DNA of 64,000 nucleotides from an uncultured delta proteobacterium. Lineage in GTDB: Bacteria > Desulfobacterota > Syntrophia > Syntrophales > UBA2185. The notes below the pieces were generated by a model that worked only from the letters and a program-made list of their open reading frames with translations, did not search any database and was not told the DNA's origin. The stretch spans positions 288,001 through 352,000 of the forward strand of contig CAVOID010000003.1 of NCBI GenBank assembly GCA_963695875.1, written 5' to 3'. Positions 34,282-45,281 of the stretch are shown here, piece after piece. Both the position numbers and the translations under genes were made by a program. How positions within the stretch are numbered: the stretch's first letter is position 1; each line of letters opens with the position of its first letter.

Positions 34282-36691
34282 ATGATGTGTAAAAAAAATG
34301 TGTTTCTCAAAGCAGGCATTTTAGCGTTCCTTTCCATTTTGTTTGCAACCCCTATTTTTGCAAGCGAAGCGGAGCTGAACATTCCTGTATTAAGCGCACA
34401 GCAGAATCATCTGGTTGATGATCGGATTTCTGATTTGCTTCGCCGGAATGGTGTTTGGCCTTTATCAATATTCCAAGGTCAAGAAACTCCCGGCCCACAA
34501 ATCCATGCTGGATATATCTGAGATCATTTTCCAGACCTGCAAGACCTATCTGATTCAGCAGGGCAAGCTGCTGATCGTTCTTGAAGTATTCATCGGTGCC
34601 TGTATCGTTTACTATTTCGGCGTCCTTCAGCACATGGGCATGAACGGCGTCCTTATTATTCTGGCCTGGTCCGTCGTGGGTATATTAGGTTCATACGGAG
34701 TCGCCTGGTTCGGTATCCGGATGAATACTCTGGCCAATAGCCGGATGGCCTTTGCTTCCCTGGAAGGCAAACCGATAAAGCTGCTCAATATTCCTCTTAC
34801 CGCCGGCATGAGCATCGGGGTCCTCCTGGTTTGTGTGGAACTCATCATGATGCTCGTCATTCTGGTCTTTATGCCCCGTGACGTGGCCGGCGCATCCTTT
34901 ATCGGATTCGCGATCGGAGAGTCGCTTGGCGCGAGCGCGCTGCGTATCTGCGGCGGTATCTTTACGAAGATCGCCGACATCGGTTCTGACCTCATGAAAA
35001 TCGTCTTCACCATCAAAGAGGATGACCCGAGAAACCCGGGCGTCATCGCCGACTGTACCGGAGACAATGCAGGTGACAGTGTCGGACCGACTGCCGACGG
35101 TTTTGAAACCTACGGCGTTACCGGAGTCGCCCTGATCAGCTTCATAGTCCTCGCCGCATTTCCGCAATATCAGGCGGAACTGCTTGTGTGGATCTTCGTT
35201 ATGCGTATCCTGATGATTATTACCTCGATCGGCTCCTACTTCATCAACAAGGTCGTCTCAACCGCGGTCATGGGGGACAAAGAGAAGGTTAACTTCGAGG
35301 CCTCTCTGACATCGCTCGTCTGGATTACATCGATTATTTCGATCATTGTGACCTTCGCCATCAGCAAATGGCAGCTCGGTCATTACCCGGATAACCTGTG
35401 GTTCAAGCTTTCGATTATCATCAGCTGCGGTACACTCGCGGCGGCGCTGATCCCGGAACTCGTCAAGGTATTCACGAGTTCGAAATCCAAGCACTGCGCC
35501 GAAGTGGTCACGGCGGCACGTGAAGGCGGCCCTTCTCTCGATATCCTTTCCGGCTTCGTCGCCGGTAACTTCAGCGCCTTCTGGCTCGGCATTTCCATAG
35601 CCGCACTGATGTTCGTTGCTTACTATACCAGCACATTCGGGCTCTCCAACTTTATGGAATATTCGTCCGTCTTCGCGTTCGGTCTTGTGGCCTTCGGTTT
35701 CCTCGGAATGGGCCCTGTCACGATTGCAGTCGACAGCTATGGTCCGGTTACGGACAATGCCCAGTCCATTTATGAGCTGTCTCTGATTGAGACTATCCCG
35801 AATGTTGAAAAGGAAATTGAAAAAGAGTTCGGATTCAAACCCCGTATGGATGTAGCCAAGCACTATCTGGAAGAGAATGACAGTTGCGGAAACACCTTCA
35901 AGGCGACAGCCAAGCCGGTTCTCATCGGTACGGCCGTCGTGGGGGCCACGACCATGATTTTCTCCCTGATTCTTCTGCTCCGAAAGGCCCTCGGAATCCA
36001 GCCGGAAATGATCTTGAACCTGCTGAATCCCTACACACTGCTCGGATTCCTCTGCGGCGGAGCCGTTATTTACTGGTTTACCGGTGCATCCACCCAGGCT
36101 GTCACAACCGGTGCTTACAGAGCCGTCCAGTATATCAAGAAGAACATCAAGCTTGACGATGCAGCCAGCCTCAGTGCTTCCACGGAGAGCTCCAAGGAAG
36201 TCGTCAAGATCTGCACCCAGTATGCGCAGAAGGGTATGTTCAATATCTTCATCGCGATATTCTCCTTCGCCCTGGCCTTCGCATTCTTCTCCGCACCTGT
36301 TTCCGGACCCGAGGCCGCTTCCTTCTTTATCAGCTACCTGATCTCGATTGCCGTATTCGGTCTCTTCCAGGCGATTTTCATGGCCAATGCCGGCGGATGC
36401 TGGGACAATGCCAAGAAGGTCGTTGAAGTTGATCTGAAACAAAAGGGAACACCCTTGCACGCTGCTGCCGTTATTGGCGACACCGTCGGCGATCCCTTCA
36501 AGGATACATCTTCGGTCGCTTTGAACCCTATCATCAAATTCACAACACTGTTCGGACTTCTGGCAATGGAAATGGCCATCGCTCCGGGGATGAGAGAGAG
36601 CGCCGGAATCGTGGGCATCGTATTCTTCCTTATTGCACTGATCTTTGTCTGGAGATCCTTCTATGCGATGCGAATTCCACTCGATCAATAA
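34282..36691 (+). CDS. hppA: Membrane-bound ion-translocating pyrophosphatase, K+-independent type (frameshift near 34412)
   Basis: GGIFTKIADIGSDL, EDDPRNPGVIADCTGDNAGD, DSYGPVTDNA, GNTFKA, GGCWDNAKK, GDTVGDPFKDT. Confidence 0.93.
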
Positions 36692-36756
36692 ATAGGAATT
36701 GTGACTGCTTAAAAGAAAAAGGCTGCATTAAAATATTTAATTTTAACTTTAACCAG

Positions 36757-36787
36757 AGGGGGCTCGTAACACCGGGCCCCTTTTTTA
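36757..36787 (+). terminator. Intrinsic terminator after hppA
   Basis: GGGGCTCG...CGGGCCCC followed by TTTTTT. Confidence 0.75.
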
Positions 36788-36810
36788 ATTCTGAGACTTG
36801 CTCTTTTTGA

Positions 36811-37010
36811 AAGCTCCTCACCCACGGGGCGAGGCTTCCCGGAAAGGAAGATATGCTAACATTTACTCCTCATCCCGCCTGCAAAGTGGGGCTTGCGGGA
36901 TGGGTTCCCGGTCCATGCTGAGCTGAAGAAAAAATCGTGGTCGAATAAACCCGAGCAAGCGAGGTGGGTCTAAGAGTCTCAGGTTTAATTCCCCGTAACT
37001 TACAGCGGGA
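36811..37010. repeat. Degenerate palindromic intergenic repeat / MITE remnant
   Basis: Paired units AAGCTCCTCACCCACGGGGCGAGGCTT and TCCCGCCTGCAAAGTGGGGCTTGCGGGA, plus TTCCCCGTAACTTACAGCGGGAA. Confidence 0.4.
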
Positions 37011-37174
37011 ATGTGAAAACAAACTGATTCGCTTTGTTGGGTATTAAAGTGTTTGCTTTTGCCGAGGAAAAGAAGAAAGTTTTTGATAAAAGTGCGAGGC
37101 TCCTTATAATTGAGCAATCAATTATCAATAACTGAAAAAAATGGAATTTAAACCGAATTACTTCTCCGCATCTT

Positions 37175-37474
37175 TTATACTCTCTTCCTTGATTCTTCCT
37201 TCAGCTTTTCGAGTTCTTCCCTGTATTGTTCAGCCTGGGCCTTGACCATTTCAATTTCTTCCTTAGCCTTTGCCAGACTTTCCTCTTGCCTTTGCCTTTC
37301 TTCCCTGAGTTTATCCTGGATCTCATCGAGGCCGATATAGACGGCAAGGATTCCACCAAGTATAAAAACAATAGGGAGTCCACCCTTCAGCATGGTAATA
37401 AAATCAGCAAACCAGAAAATTAGACCTAAGAGTCCGATAATTACTGAAACACCGCCGCCAATAAGCAACGTCAT
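37175..37474 (-). CDS. Hypothetical membrane protein (2 TM plus coiled coil)
   Basis: AGGAGG RBS; two hydrophobic helices followed by an E/K/Q-rich helix. Confidence 0.8.
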   Translation of the reverse strand: MTLLIGGGVSVIIGLLGLIFWFADFITMLKGGLPIVFILGGILAVYIGLDEIQDKLREERQRQEESLAKAKEEIEMVKAQAEQYREELEKLKEESRKRV

Positions 37475-37863
37475 GGCTTAACCTCCTTTTTCATAATTAA
37501 TTCATAATTTAGTGCGTTTGCAATAAATTGTCATAAGGTACTAATATACAGGAATATTTGGTTGCTGCATAGCATAAAAAGTATGTTCAAGCAAGATGAA
37601 AGTCCAAAAAAAACAAGGGAATATATAGATAAATAAAGAAAAAAGAATATCGGAAATCGGGAAAATATCCCTTGACATTATTATTGATGATCTCGTAAGA
37701 AGTCGCAAATATGGTAGATAGGCAGCTTTGTAAAAATCAAGAATATAAACATAAATTTTGAAATGTCATTCCCGTCCCCGCCTCTGCGGGGATAAGTTTC
37801 ATGCTTTGTAGTGCTAAAAAACGGGTCTGAGTATTTATGATGAAATTTATTAGGAGGGACTAA

Positions 37864-39011
37864 ATGGTGAAAACAATTTTTAAGACAATTTGTGTGCTAT
37901 GCTTTGTTTTTATTGTTGCAGGAAATTCCTGGGCGGCGGAGCCGATCAGGATAGGGGCCCTGTTTGCGGTAACCGGTCCTCCCTCATTTTTGGGTGAGCC
38001 GGAGCGTAACACGGCCAACATGATGGTCGATCAAATTAACAGCAGGCCGGCGGCATCAAAGGGCGCATGCTGCGACTGGTGGTCTACGATACACAGGGCG
38101 ATGCTACCAAGGCGGTACAAGCGGCCAATCGACTCATCAAAGAGGACAAGGTAATCGCCATTATCGGTCCCAGCACGACCGGTGAGACAATGGCCGTTAT
38201 TCCCGTTGTCGGAGGCGGCGGGTATCCCGTTGATTTCCTGCGCTGCTGGAATCAAGATTACAGATCCGTTAAAGAAATGGGTCTTCAAAACCGCCCAGAA
38301 CGACTCTCTTGCTGTGGAGCGTATTTATGAGCATCTTAAAAAACGGAAGATGAATAATGTTGCCATCCTGACGGTTTCCGACGGTTTTGGCTCGTCAGGA
38401 AGGGAACAGTTGAAGCTCCGTGCTAAAGATTTTGGTATTACCATCGTATCTGATGAAACTTACGGTCCAAAAGATACAGACATGACTGCCCAACTGGTTA
38501 AGATACGCGGCGGCAAGGCACAGGTGTTAATCTGCTGGGGAACAAATCCGGGCCCTGCCATCGTTGCGAGAAATGCCAAGCAGTTGGGACTTAATATGCC
38601 GCTATACATGAGCCATGGCGTCTCTTCCAAGAAATTTATAGAGCTGGCCGGGGATGCATCCGAAGGGATTACTCCTTCCTTCGGGCGGGTGATTGTTGCA
38701 AATCTGATTCCGAAATCTGACCAGCAAAAAAAGTCGCTTCTTGCTTATGTAAATGATTACAAGGAGCATTTTAAGGTGGAGGGGGATCATTTTGGCGGTC
38801 ACGCGTGGGATGCTGTTATGCTACTTAAAAGATGTCATTGAACGTGCCGGGAGATTCTCCGGACGCCATTCGTAAGGAACTGGAAAACACCCGCAATTTT
38901 AAAGGCATCGGTGGTATATTCAGCTATTCTCCTCAAGACCATGCTGGGTTGACAAAGGATGCCTTTGTTCTTGTGACGATTAAGAATAAGAATTGGATGT
39001 TGGTAAAGTAG
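37864..39011 (+). CDS. Branched-chain-amino-acid-type (HAAT) ABC substrate-binding protein (several frameshifts)
   Basis: IRIGALFAVTGP.SFLG, AIIGPSTTG, WVFKTAQND, LYMSHGV, GHAWDA. Confidence 0.88.
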
Positions 39012-39039
39012 TGTTTAAAATTTGGTAGATTGTTTCCTG

Positions 39040-40018
39040 AATAAATTAGTGAAACTGTCATTTTGGGTATAAATATAGGTAAGGTGTTGCTGGAAAGGAG
39101 AAATAATTATTGAAAGCTTAATATATTTGATAGGTTATTATTGAGACTAAAGAATAATATTAAAGTGGTTCAATATTATGAAAAAAAAGTTGTTTAAGGT
39201 GCGGTTCTTTTGATGTCAAATTATATGGGCGTACGCGCAGCGGCTATCAGAGATTTAGATGCAAGAGATGTAATTACACTTACACATTTCATAATCACAA
39301 GAACAAGCTGCACAGAGAGAAGAAGAATTTTTTATTATGGGTCACAGAAGGATATTCGGTCAGGCAATTAGTCTCGATAAGCAGTCACGGGATCTGGAAA
39401 ATAAACCAAATAAAGAAGTATTGGTTGGCAAGATCTCCGGCTAGACGTGCTTTTGATTTAAGCGCGATCAGGTATTTGCAGTTTGATGGCACGTATTTCA
39501 AGCATGAAAACTGTCTAATGCTCTTAATGGATAATGCGACAAGCAAGGTCATCGCACATAAATACCATCATCGAGAGAACTATGAATCTGCATACCAAAT
39601 GTTTAAAGAGATGAACGATGGTGACCTTAATCCGGAAGCAATTACAATCGACGGCAACACCAGTGTAATTCGGGCATTGAAAGCTGTCTGGCCGGATATA
39701 ATTATTCAGAGGTGCATAACGCATATACAGAGACAAGGGTTGGCGTGGCTGAGGAGATATCCAAAGATTCAAGCGTCAAAAGATTTAAGAAGGATACTGT
39801 TAACTATAACCGAAGTTAAAGACAGAAGAAGGAGAGACATATTCATCACGGAATTTTGAGGAATGGGAAAAGCATTACGGCCAGATTGTGCAAGCTCTTC
39901 CATCAACTCATAAAGTGTATGGCGATTTACAAAGGACCAGGAGCTTAGTTCTGCATGCTTTGCCGAACATGTTTCATTATCTTGATAACAAACAAAGAGG
40001 GAATCTTATTAATTGAGA
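39040..40018 (+). mobile_element. IS256-family (IS1249-like) transposase remnant, frameshifted and C-terminally truncated; ends approximate
   Basis: From 39178: Zn ribbon CLRC...GRTRSGYQRFRCKRC, QFDGTYF, ITIDG, IQRCITH (CxxH of Mutator/IS256 DDE); ends at MFHYLD without the final catalytic Glu segment. Confidence 0.75.
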
Positions 40019-40142
40019 TTTGCTATCAAGATTTTTCCTTCCGAAGAGATGATATCTTTTGCCTCAGAGGACATGCAATACAGAAAATGATCTACCAATA
40101 GTTCATATTAATGTCTTTTTCTACTTGTCACTCTATATTCCC

Positions 40143-41028
40143 ATGGAAGTTTTTGAGCAGATCCTGCAATACACTCTCTCCGGCCTCTCCACCGGCGCTA
40201 TCTATGCCCTTATAGGGCTGGGCTTTGCCATCATTTACAATTCCACCAGCATAATCAACTTTGCCCAGGGGGAATTTGTAATGCTAGGAGGAATGCTCAC
40301 CTTATTCTTCCATGTCACTTTGCAGATTTACTCTGCCTTTTGCCGTTATTCTTGCTATTCTGGTTTCTACAGCTGTAGGTGCCCTATTCGAACGACTTGC
40401 CATCAGTCCCCTCAAGGATGCTGAACCAATTATTCTTGTTATTATTACCATAGGCGGAAGCATCCTCATACGTGGGATTGCCATGCTCCTTTGGGGAAAA
40501 GATACATATGCCCTGCCCATGTTTTCCGGAAACGAGCCGATCGTTTTGTGGGGAGCCACGATTATGCCGCAAAATCTCTGGATTTTCGGTATCACGCTAA
40601 TAATTATCATGGCCAACCGGCTTTTTTTCTACCACAGTATAATCGGTAAAGCGATGCGTGCCTGTTCTTTCAATCGTGTGGCATCAAGCCTTGTTGGGAT
40701 TGATGTTAAGCACATGGTGTTTTTTTCTTTTGCAGTCAGCTCGGCCATGGGAGCTGTGGCTGGGATCATTATTGCACCGCTTACTATGACTTCATACGAT
40801 GTCGGCATCATGCTCGGACTGAAGGGATTTTGCGCTGCCATCATCGGGGGTATGAGCACCGGTATCGGAACTGTCGCCGGCGGGTTGATTGTGGGCATTC
40901 TGGAATCTCTGGGAGCAGGCTTAATATCCTCAGGTTATAAAGATGCCATCGCCTTTATCATTCTCCTCCTTATTCTATTTATCAGGCCTCAGGGATTGTT
41001 CGTAAAGGGGGAGACGGAAAGAGTATGA
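40143..41028 (+). CDS. HAAT ABC permease LivH-like (frameshift near 40320)
   Basis: GAIYALIGLGFAIIY..INFAQGEF, GKAMRA, KGFCAAIIGG, RPQGLF. Confidence 0.9.
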
Positions 41029-41044
41029 AACTTACGACGGATGT

Positions 41045-42014
41045 ATGAAACACGAACTGCTTAAATTTTTTATATTTACCGCTGTCATCCTTATCGCACC
41101 GGTGTTTCTCAGCGGCGGTTATCTGATGAATGTGCTCATATTCGTCGGTATCTATACTATTTTAGCCGTGGCGCTGAACCTGTTGCTGGGACTTGCCGGT
41201 CAAATTTCTCTGGGACAGGCGGCTTTTTTCGGCCTCGGCGCATATATCTCCGGTGTATTGACGGCAACACACGCCGTTAATCCGTGGTTCAGTATGGTCA
41301 TCGCCATCGTTGCCGTGGGCATGATTGCCTTTATTGTCGGTTTTCCCATCCTTAAACTCAAAGGACATTACCTCGCCATGGCGACCCTCGGCATGGGAAT
41401 CATCGTGTACATAATATTTAACGAGACTGTCGATTTGACGGGCGGCCCTTCAGGTCTGCCGGGAATTCCCCACCTTTCTTTCGGCGGGATTATTTTTGAC
41501 AGCGACTTGAAGAATTATTATCTAATTTGGTTTTTTACCATTGTGGTCATTCTTCTGTCCGTCAATCTGGCAGCATCAAGGATCGGGAGGGCTCTTCGGG
41601 CTATTCATGACTCTGAGGTGGCTGCCCGTATCATGGGTGTTAATGCAAGACTGCTCAAGGTGCAGATTTTTACCATTTCCGGTATGTTTTCTGCCCTGGC
41701 GGGAAGTCTTTACGCCCATACAGTGACCTTTATATCGCCGACGTCTTTCGGATTTAATGTCTCCATAGAACTGCTTACCATGGTAATCATCGGAGGCCTG
41801 GGCAGTATATACGGGTCTTTCCTGGGTGCGGCCATATCTGACCTTGTTGCCGGAATTTTTCAGGACATTTCAGGACTACGATATTATCGTTTATGGCATC
41901 ACTCTGATCGTGATAACCATGTTTATGCCGGGTGGTCTGGTGCGGGGTGTACCGCTTCTGGTCAGATCCCTGTTTAGGAGGAGGCGACATCTGCCCCTTC
42001 CGAAAAAAGGGTAG
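41045..42014 (+). CDS. HAAT ABC permease LivM-like (frameshift near 41835)
   Basis: GLAGQISLGQAAFFG, LKGHYLAMATL, SRIGRALRAIHDSE, IIGGLGS. Confidence 0.9.
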
Positions 42015-42033
42015 GGATAGAGAGGATTTCAGG

Positions 42034-42787
42034 ATGCTAAAAATAGAGCGCATGACCAAAATCTTCGGTGGTCTTAAAGCGTTAGATGATGTCTCTTTTT
42101 CTATTTCAGCGGGCGAGATTACGGGTATTATCGGTCCCAACGGAGCCGGCAAAACAACCCTGTTCAACATTATAACGGGTATCTATAGCCCCACATCGGG
42201 CAGGGTCTTTTATGAAGGGAAAGATATAACCGGCTTTCCGCCGGAAAAGCTTGCCAGACTCAGCATGGTGCGCACATTTCAGGGTATTGAATTGTTCGGC
42301 CAGATGACCGTTCTCGAAAACGTCATGGTTGGTCTCCATACAAAGTCGCGAAGCGGCATCATTGCATCGGCTTTTAAATTGCCCGGACATTTGCGGGAGG
42401 AACGCCGCATCAGGGAACAGAGCCGCTTCCTGGCTTGAATTTGCCGGTATCACAGATCTGGCACATACGGAAGCGGCTAATTTACCCTTCGGCAAGGGGA
42501 GACTGCTGGAGATTGCCCGTGCCATGGCGATGGAGCCGCACATTATCCTCATGGATGAACCGGCGGCAGGTCTCAACAGCAGGGAGACTTCCGACCTTGC
42601 CGAGCTGATTAAAAAAATAAAGGATTCAGGGGTCACGGTGGCGCTTGTCGAACATGACATGGAACTGGTTATGGAAATCTGCAGCCGGATTGTTGTTCTC
42701 AATCTCGGGCACAAGCTTGCGGAAGGGACACCGCGGGAGATTCAGGAAGATGAGAAAGTGATCACCGCTTATCTGGGAGAGGATTGA
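42034..42787 (+). CDS. HAAT ABC ATPase LivG-like (frameshift near 42422)
   Basis: FGGLKA, GPNGAGKTT, RTFQ, DEPAAG, VEHDM, AYLG. Confidence 0.9.
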
Positions 42788-43531
42788 TGCTGAAAGTTAA
42801 AAACATCAACACATATTATGGGAAACTGCATGCCCTGAAAAATATCTCCCTGCATGTCAGTGCCGGGGAGATCGTTGCCCTGATCGGAGCCAACGGCGCC
42901 GGCAAGACAACAATTCTGAATACCATCTCGGCTGTTATCCCTCCTGCGAACGGCGAAATACATTTTGACGGTGCTGTAATCAACAACCTGTCTCCGGATA
43001 GCATAGTCAGGCTCGGCATCTCCCAGGTTCCCGAAGGCAGGCAGATTTTCAAACCCCTTTCCGTTGAGGATAATCTTGAACTTGGCGCGTATCTCCGCTA
43101 TCGGGCCGGAGAAAAAAGAAAAGAAATCATGCAGGATAAGGAAACAGTCTACGCGCTTTTCCCGCAGCTTCAGGAAAGACGGAAACAGCTTGCGGGGACC
43201 CTGTCGGGAGGCGAGCAGCAGATGCTGGCCATAGGCCGGGCTCTCATGGCAAAACCGAAGTTACTCCTGCTGGATGAACCGGCCATGGGACTTGCTCCCA
43301 TTTTGGTTCAGGAGATATTTCGGGTGATCGAGGAACTCCGCAGGCAGCAGGGGACTTCCGTGCTTCTTGTGGAGCAGAATGCGCGGGTAGCGCTGAAGGT
43401 CTGCTGATCGGGGATATGTCCTGGAGACGGGTAAGGTGATTCTTGAAGAGACCGCATCCGAGCTTCTGGCGAATAAGGATGTGCAAAGGGCATATCTCGG
43501 CAAGGATAAGAAGGAAATCTGGGAACGTTAG
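42787..43531 (+). CDS. HAAT ABC ATPase LivF-like (frameshift near 43400)
   Basis: GANGAGKTT, VPEGRQIF, LSGGEQQML, VEQN, then ADRGYVLETG..AYLG. Confidence 0.9.
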
Positions 43532-43583
43532 AAGAAGAAGCTTTGCAATTTTTCAAAGGTTATGAATATAACCGGAGGTGGTT

Positions 43584-44885
43584 ATGAAAATCTGGGACGC
43601 CAAATATGAATGTATGCCGCGGGAAGAGCTGGAACAGCTTCAACTGGAAAGGCTGCAGGCAACTCTCAACAGGGTTTATAAAAATGTGACCTTCTACCGC
43701 AAGATGTTTAACGAATCGACGATAGTACCCGAGGATATGCAGGCCCTTTCCGGTCTGGCAAAGATACCTTTTACCACCAAGGAAGACCTGAGGATGAACT
43801 ATCCCTACGGTATGTTTGCCGTGCCCCTTAGAGAGGTTGTCCGGGTACATTCATCATCAGGGACAACGGAAAAACCTGTCGTCATCGGCTATACAAAAAA
43901 TGACATCAAAGCCTGGACGAACCTGGTAGCCCGCGTTATGACGGCGGCCGGGGTCACCCGCGACGATATGGTGCAGATTACGTTCAGTTACGGCCTTTAT
44001 ACGGGAGCCTTCGGGTTTCATTACGGGGCAGAGGCAATCGGCGCAAGCGTGATACCTACAGGCACGGGCAATACGGAAAAACAGATAATGATCATGCAGG
44101 ATTACAAAACAACGGCCCTCGTCTCCACGCCGACTTACGCCATAACCCTGGCGGAGAGGATGGAGAAGCTTGGTGTTAACCCGAAGGGACTATCGTTGAG
44201 AGTGGGACTTTTCGGGGGAGAACCGCTGTCGGAAGCCATGCGCGGGGAGATTGAAGCGAGGCTCGGCATCACTGCCACGGATAATTACGGCCTGTCGGAA
44301 ATTATCGGCCCGGGAGTGGCGGGGGAATGTGAATATAAATGCGGCATGCATATCTTTGAAGACGCCTTTATCCCGGAGATTATCGACCCGCTGACGGGTA
44401 AACAGTTGCCAGCCGGCAGTGTGGGAGAGCTTGTTTTGACCACCCTCACGAAAGAGGCCTTTCCCTTGATCCGTTATCGTACCGGAGATCTTACTTCTCT
44501 TGAGTATGACCAGTGCAAATGCGGGAGAAGTATTATCCGGATGAATAAGACTGTGGGACGTTCTGATGATATGCTCATCATCAAGGGCGTTAACGTGTTC
44601 CCTTCACAGATAGAGACTGTATTGATTGCAATTGTGGGAACAGAACCGCATTATCAGATCGTGGTTGACCGGAAGGGCGCTCAGGATTTATTGGAAGTAC
44701 ATGTTGAGGCCGCGGAAGGTACGTTCTTCGATGAAATGAAGAGGCAAAAAGCTTTTTTAGAGATGGTCGAAAAAAAGATAAGATCGGTGATCGGAGTAAC
44801 TGCCACAGTGAAACTGGTTGGGCCTAATACGATTTCCCGTCATGAAGGTAAGACGGGAAGGGTTGTGGATAGGCGTAAGATTTAA
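43584..44885 (+). CDS. paaK: Phenylacetate--CoA ligase family protein
   Basis: PFTTKEDLR.NYPYG, HSSSGTT, YGLSEIIGPGV, RYRTGD, GRSDDMLIIKGVNVFPSQIE. Confidence 0.88.
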   Translation: MKIWDAKYECMPREELEQLQLERLQATLNRVYKNVTFYRKMFNESTIVPEDMQALSGLAKIPFTTKEDLRMNYPYGMFAVPLREVVRVHSSSGTTEKPVVIGYTKNDIKAWTNLVARVMTAAGVTRDDMVQITFSYGLYTGAFGFHYGAEAIGASVIPTGTGNTEKQIMIMQDYKTTALVSTPTYAITLAERMEKLGVNPKGLSLRVGLFGGEPLSEAMRGEIEARLGITATDNYGLSEIIGPGVAGECEYKCGMHIFEDAFIPEIIDPLTGKQLPAGSVGELVLTTLTKEAFPLIRYRTGDLTSLEYDQCKCGRSIIRMNKTVGRSDDMLIIKGVNVFPSQIETVLIAIVGTEPHYQIVVDRKGAQDLLEVHVEAAEGTFFDEMKRQKAFLEMVEKKIRSVIGVTATVKLVGPNTISRHEGKTGRVVDRRKI

Positions 44886-44889
44886 TCCC

Positions 44890-44960
44890 TTCGGAATCCA
44901 GTAAACTGTCTGGATTGATCCGGAATCCAGACGCCTTCCCCGCGAAAGCGTGAACCATTA
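44890..44960. repeat. REP-like palindromes after paaK
   Basis: GGAATCCAG...CTGGATT, CCGGAATCCAG, CCCGCGAAAGCG. Confidence 0.4.
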
Positions 44961-45211
44961 AAACTCCTGGACTTCTTCTTAAGCCCTGTCTGATCCTCAC
45001 TTTCAGCTACTTATCTACGCCCATTGTTTTACTAAGAACTTATTAATAATTCATTGAAAGCATCAAGCGTGACCGATTCGTTTATGTAGCACTTTTCACC
45101 CCGTTATGCTCAAGAGCGAGCAATGAAAAAATGAAATACGCCGCTTATTGGCAACACCTACAACTGCTCAGTGGTGGGCAATCTCAGAATTGATGATTAT
45201 GGATTGAAAGA

Positions 45212-45268
45212 GAGTAACGCCATGATGAGCCGCGACTGTAAGGAGTCTGCTCCATCATGTGGTTAGCA
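45212..45268 (-). other. attC recombination site 1 (57 bp)
   Basis: Minus strand TGCTAAC-CACAT-GATGGAGC...GCTCATC-ATGGC-GTTACTC: R''-5-L''(8 nt, extra base)...L'(7)-5-R'; 13 nt after the HNH stop. Confidence 0.85.
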
Positions 45269-45281
45269 GGTCCTCTATCAT

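Noticed and set aside
35258..36688. 476-aa antisense ORF over hppA
   Set aside because: Shadow frame of a codon-biased gene; no recognisable motifs and fully overlapping a conserved CDS.
39178..39192. Programmed -1 frameshift at the A8G run at the transposase start
   Set aside because: Restoring the frame needs +1 (one A fewer), which fits a homopolymer error or decay better than -1 slippage.
45135..45182. Possible fourth attC (minus strand GCCCACC...GTTGTAG)
   Set aside because: R'' lacks AAC, no L''/L' pairing at the right spacing, and too short; at most an eroded remnant.
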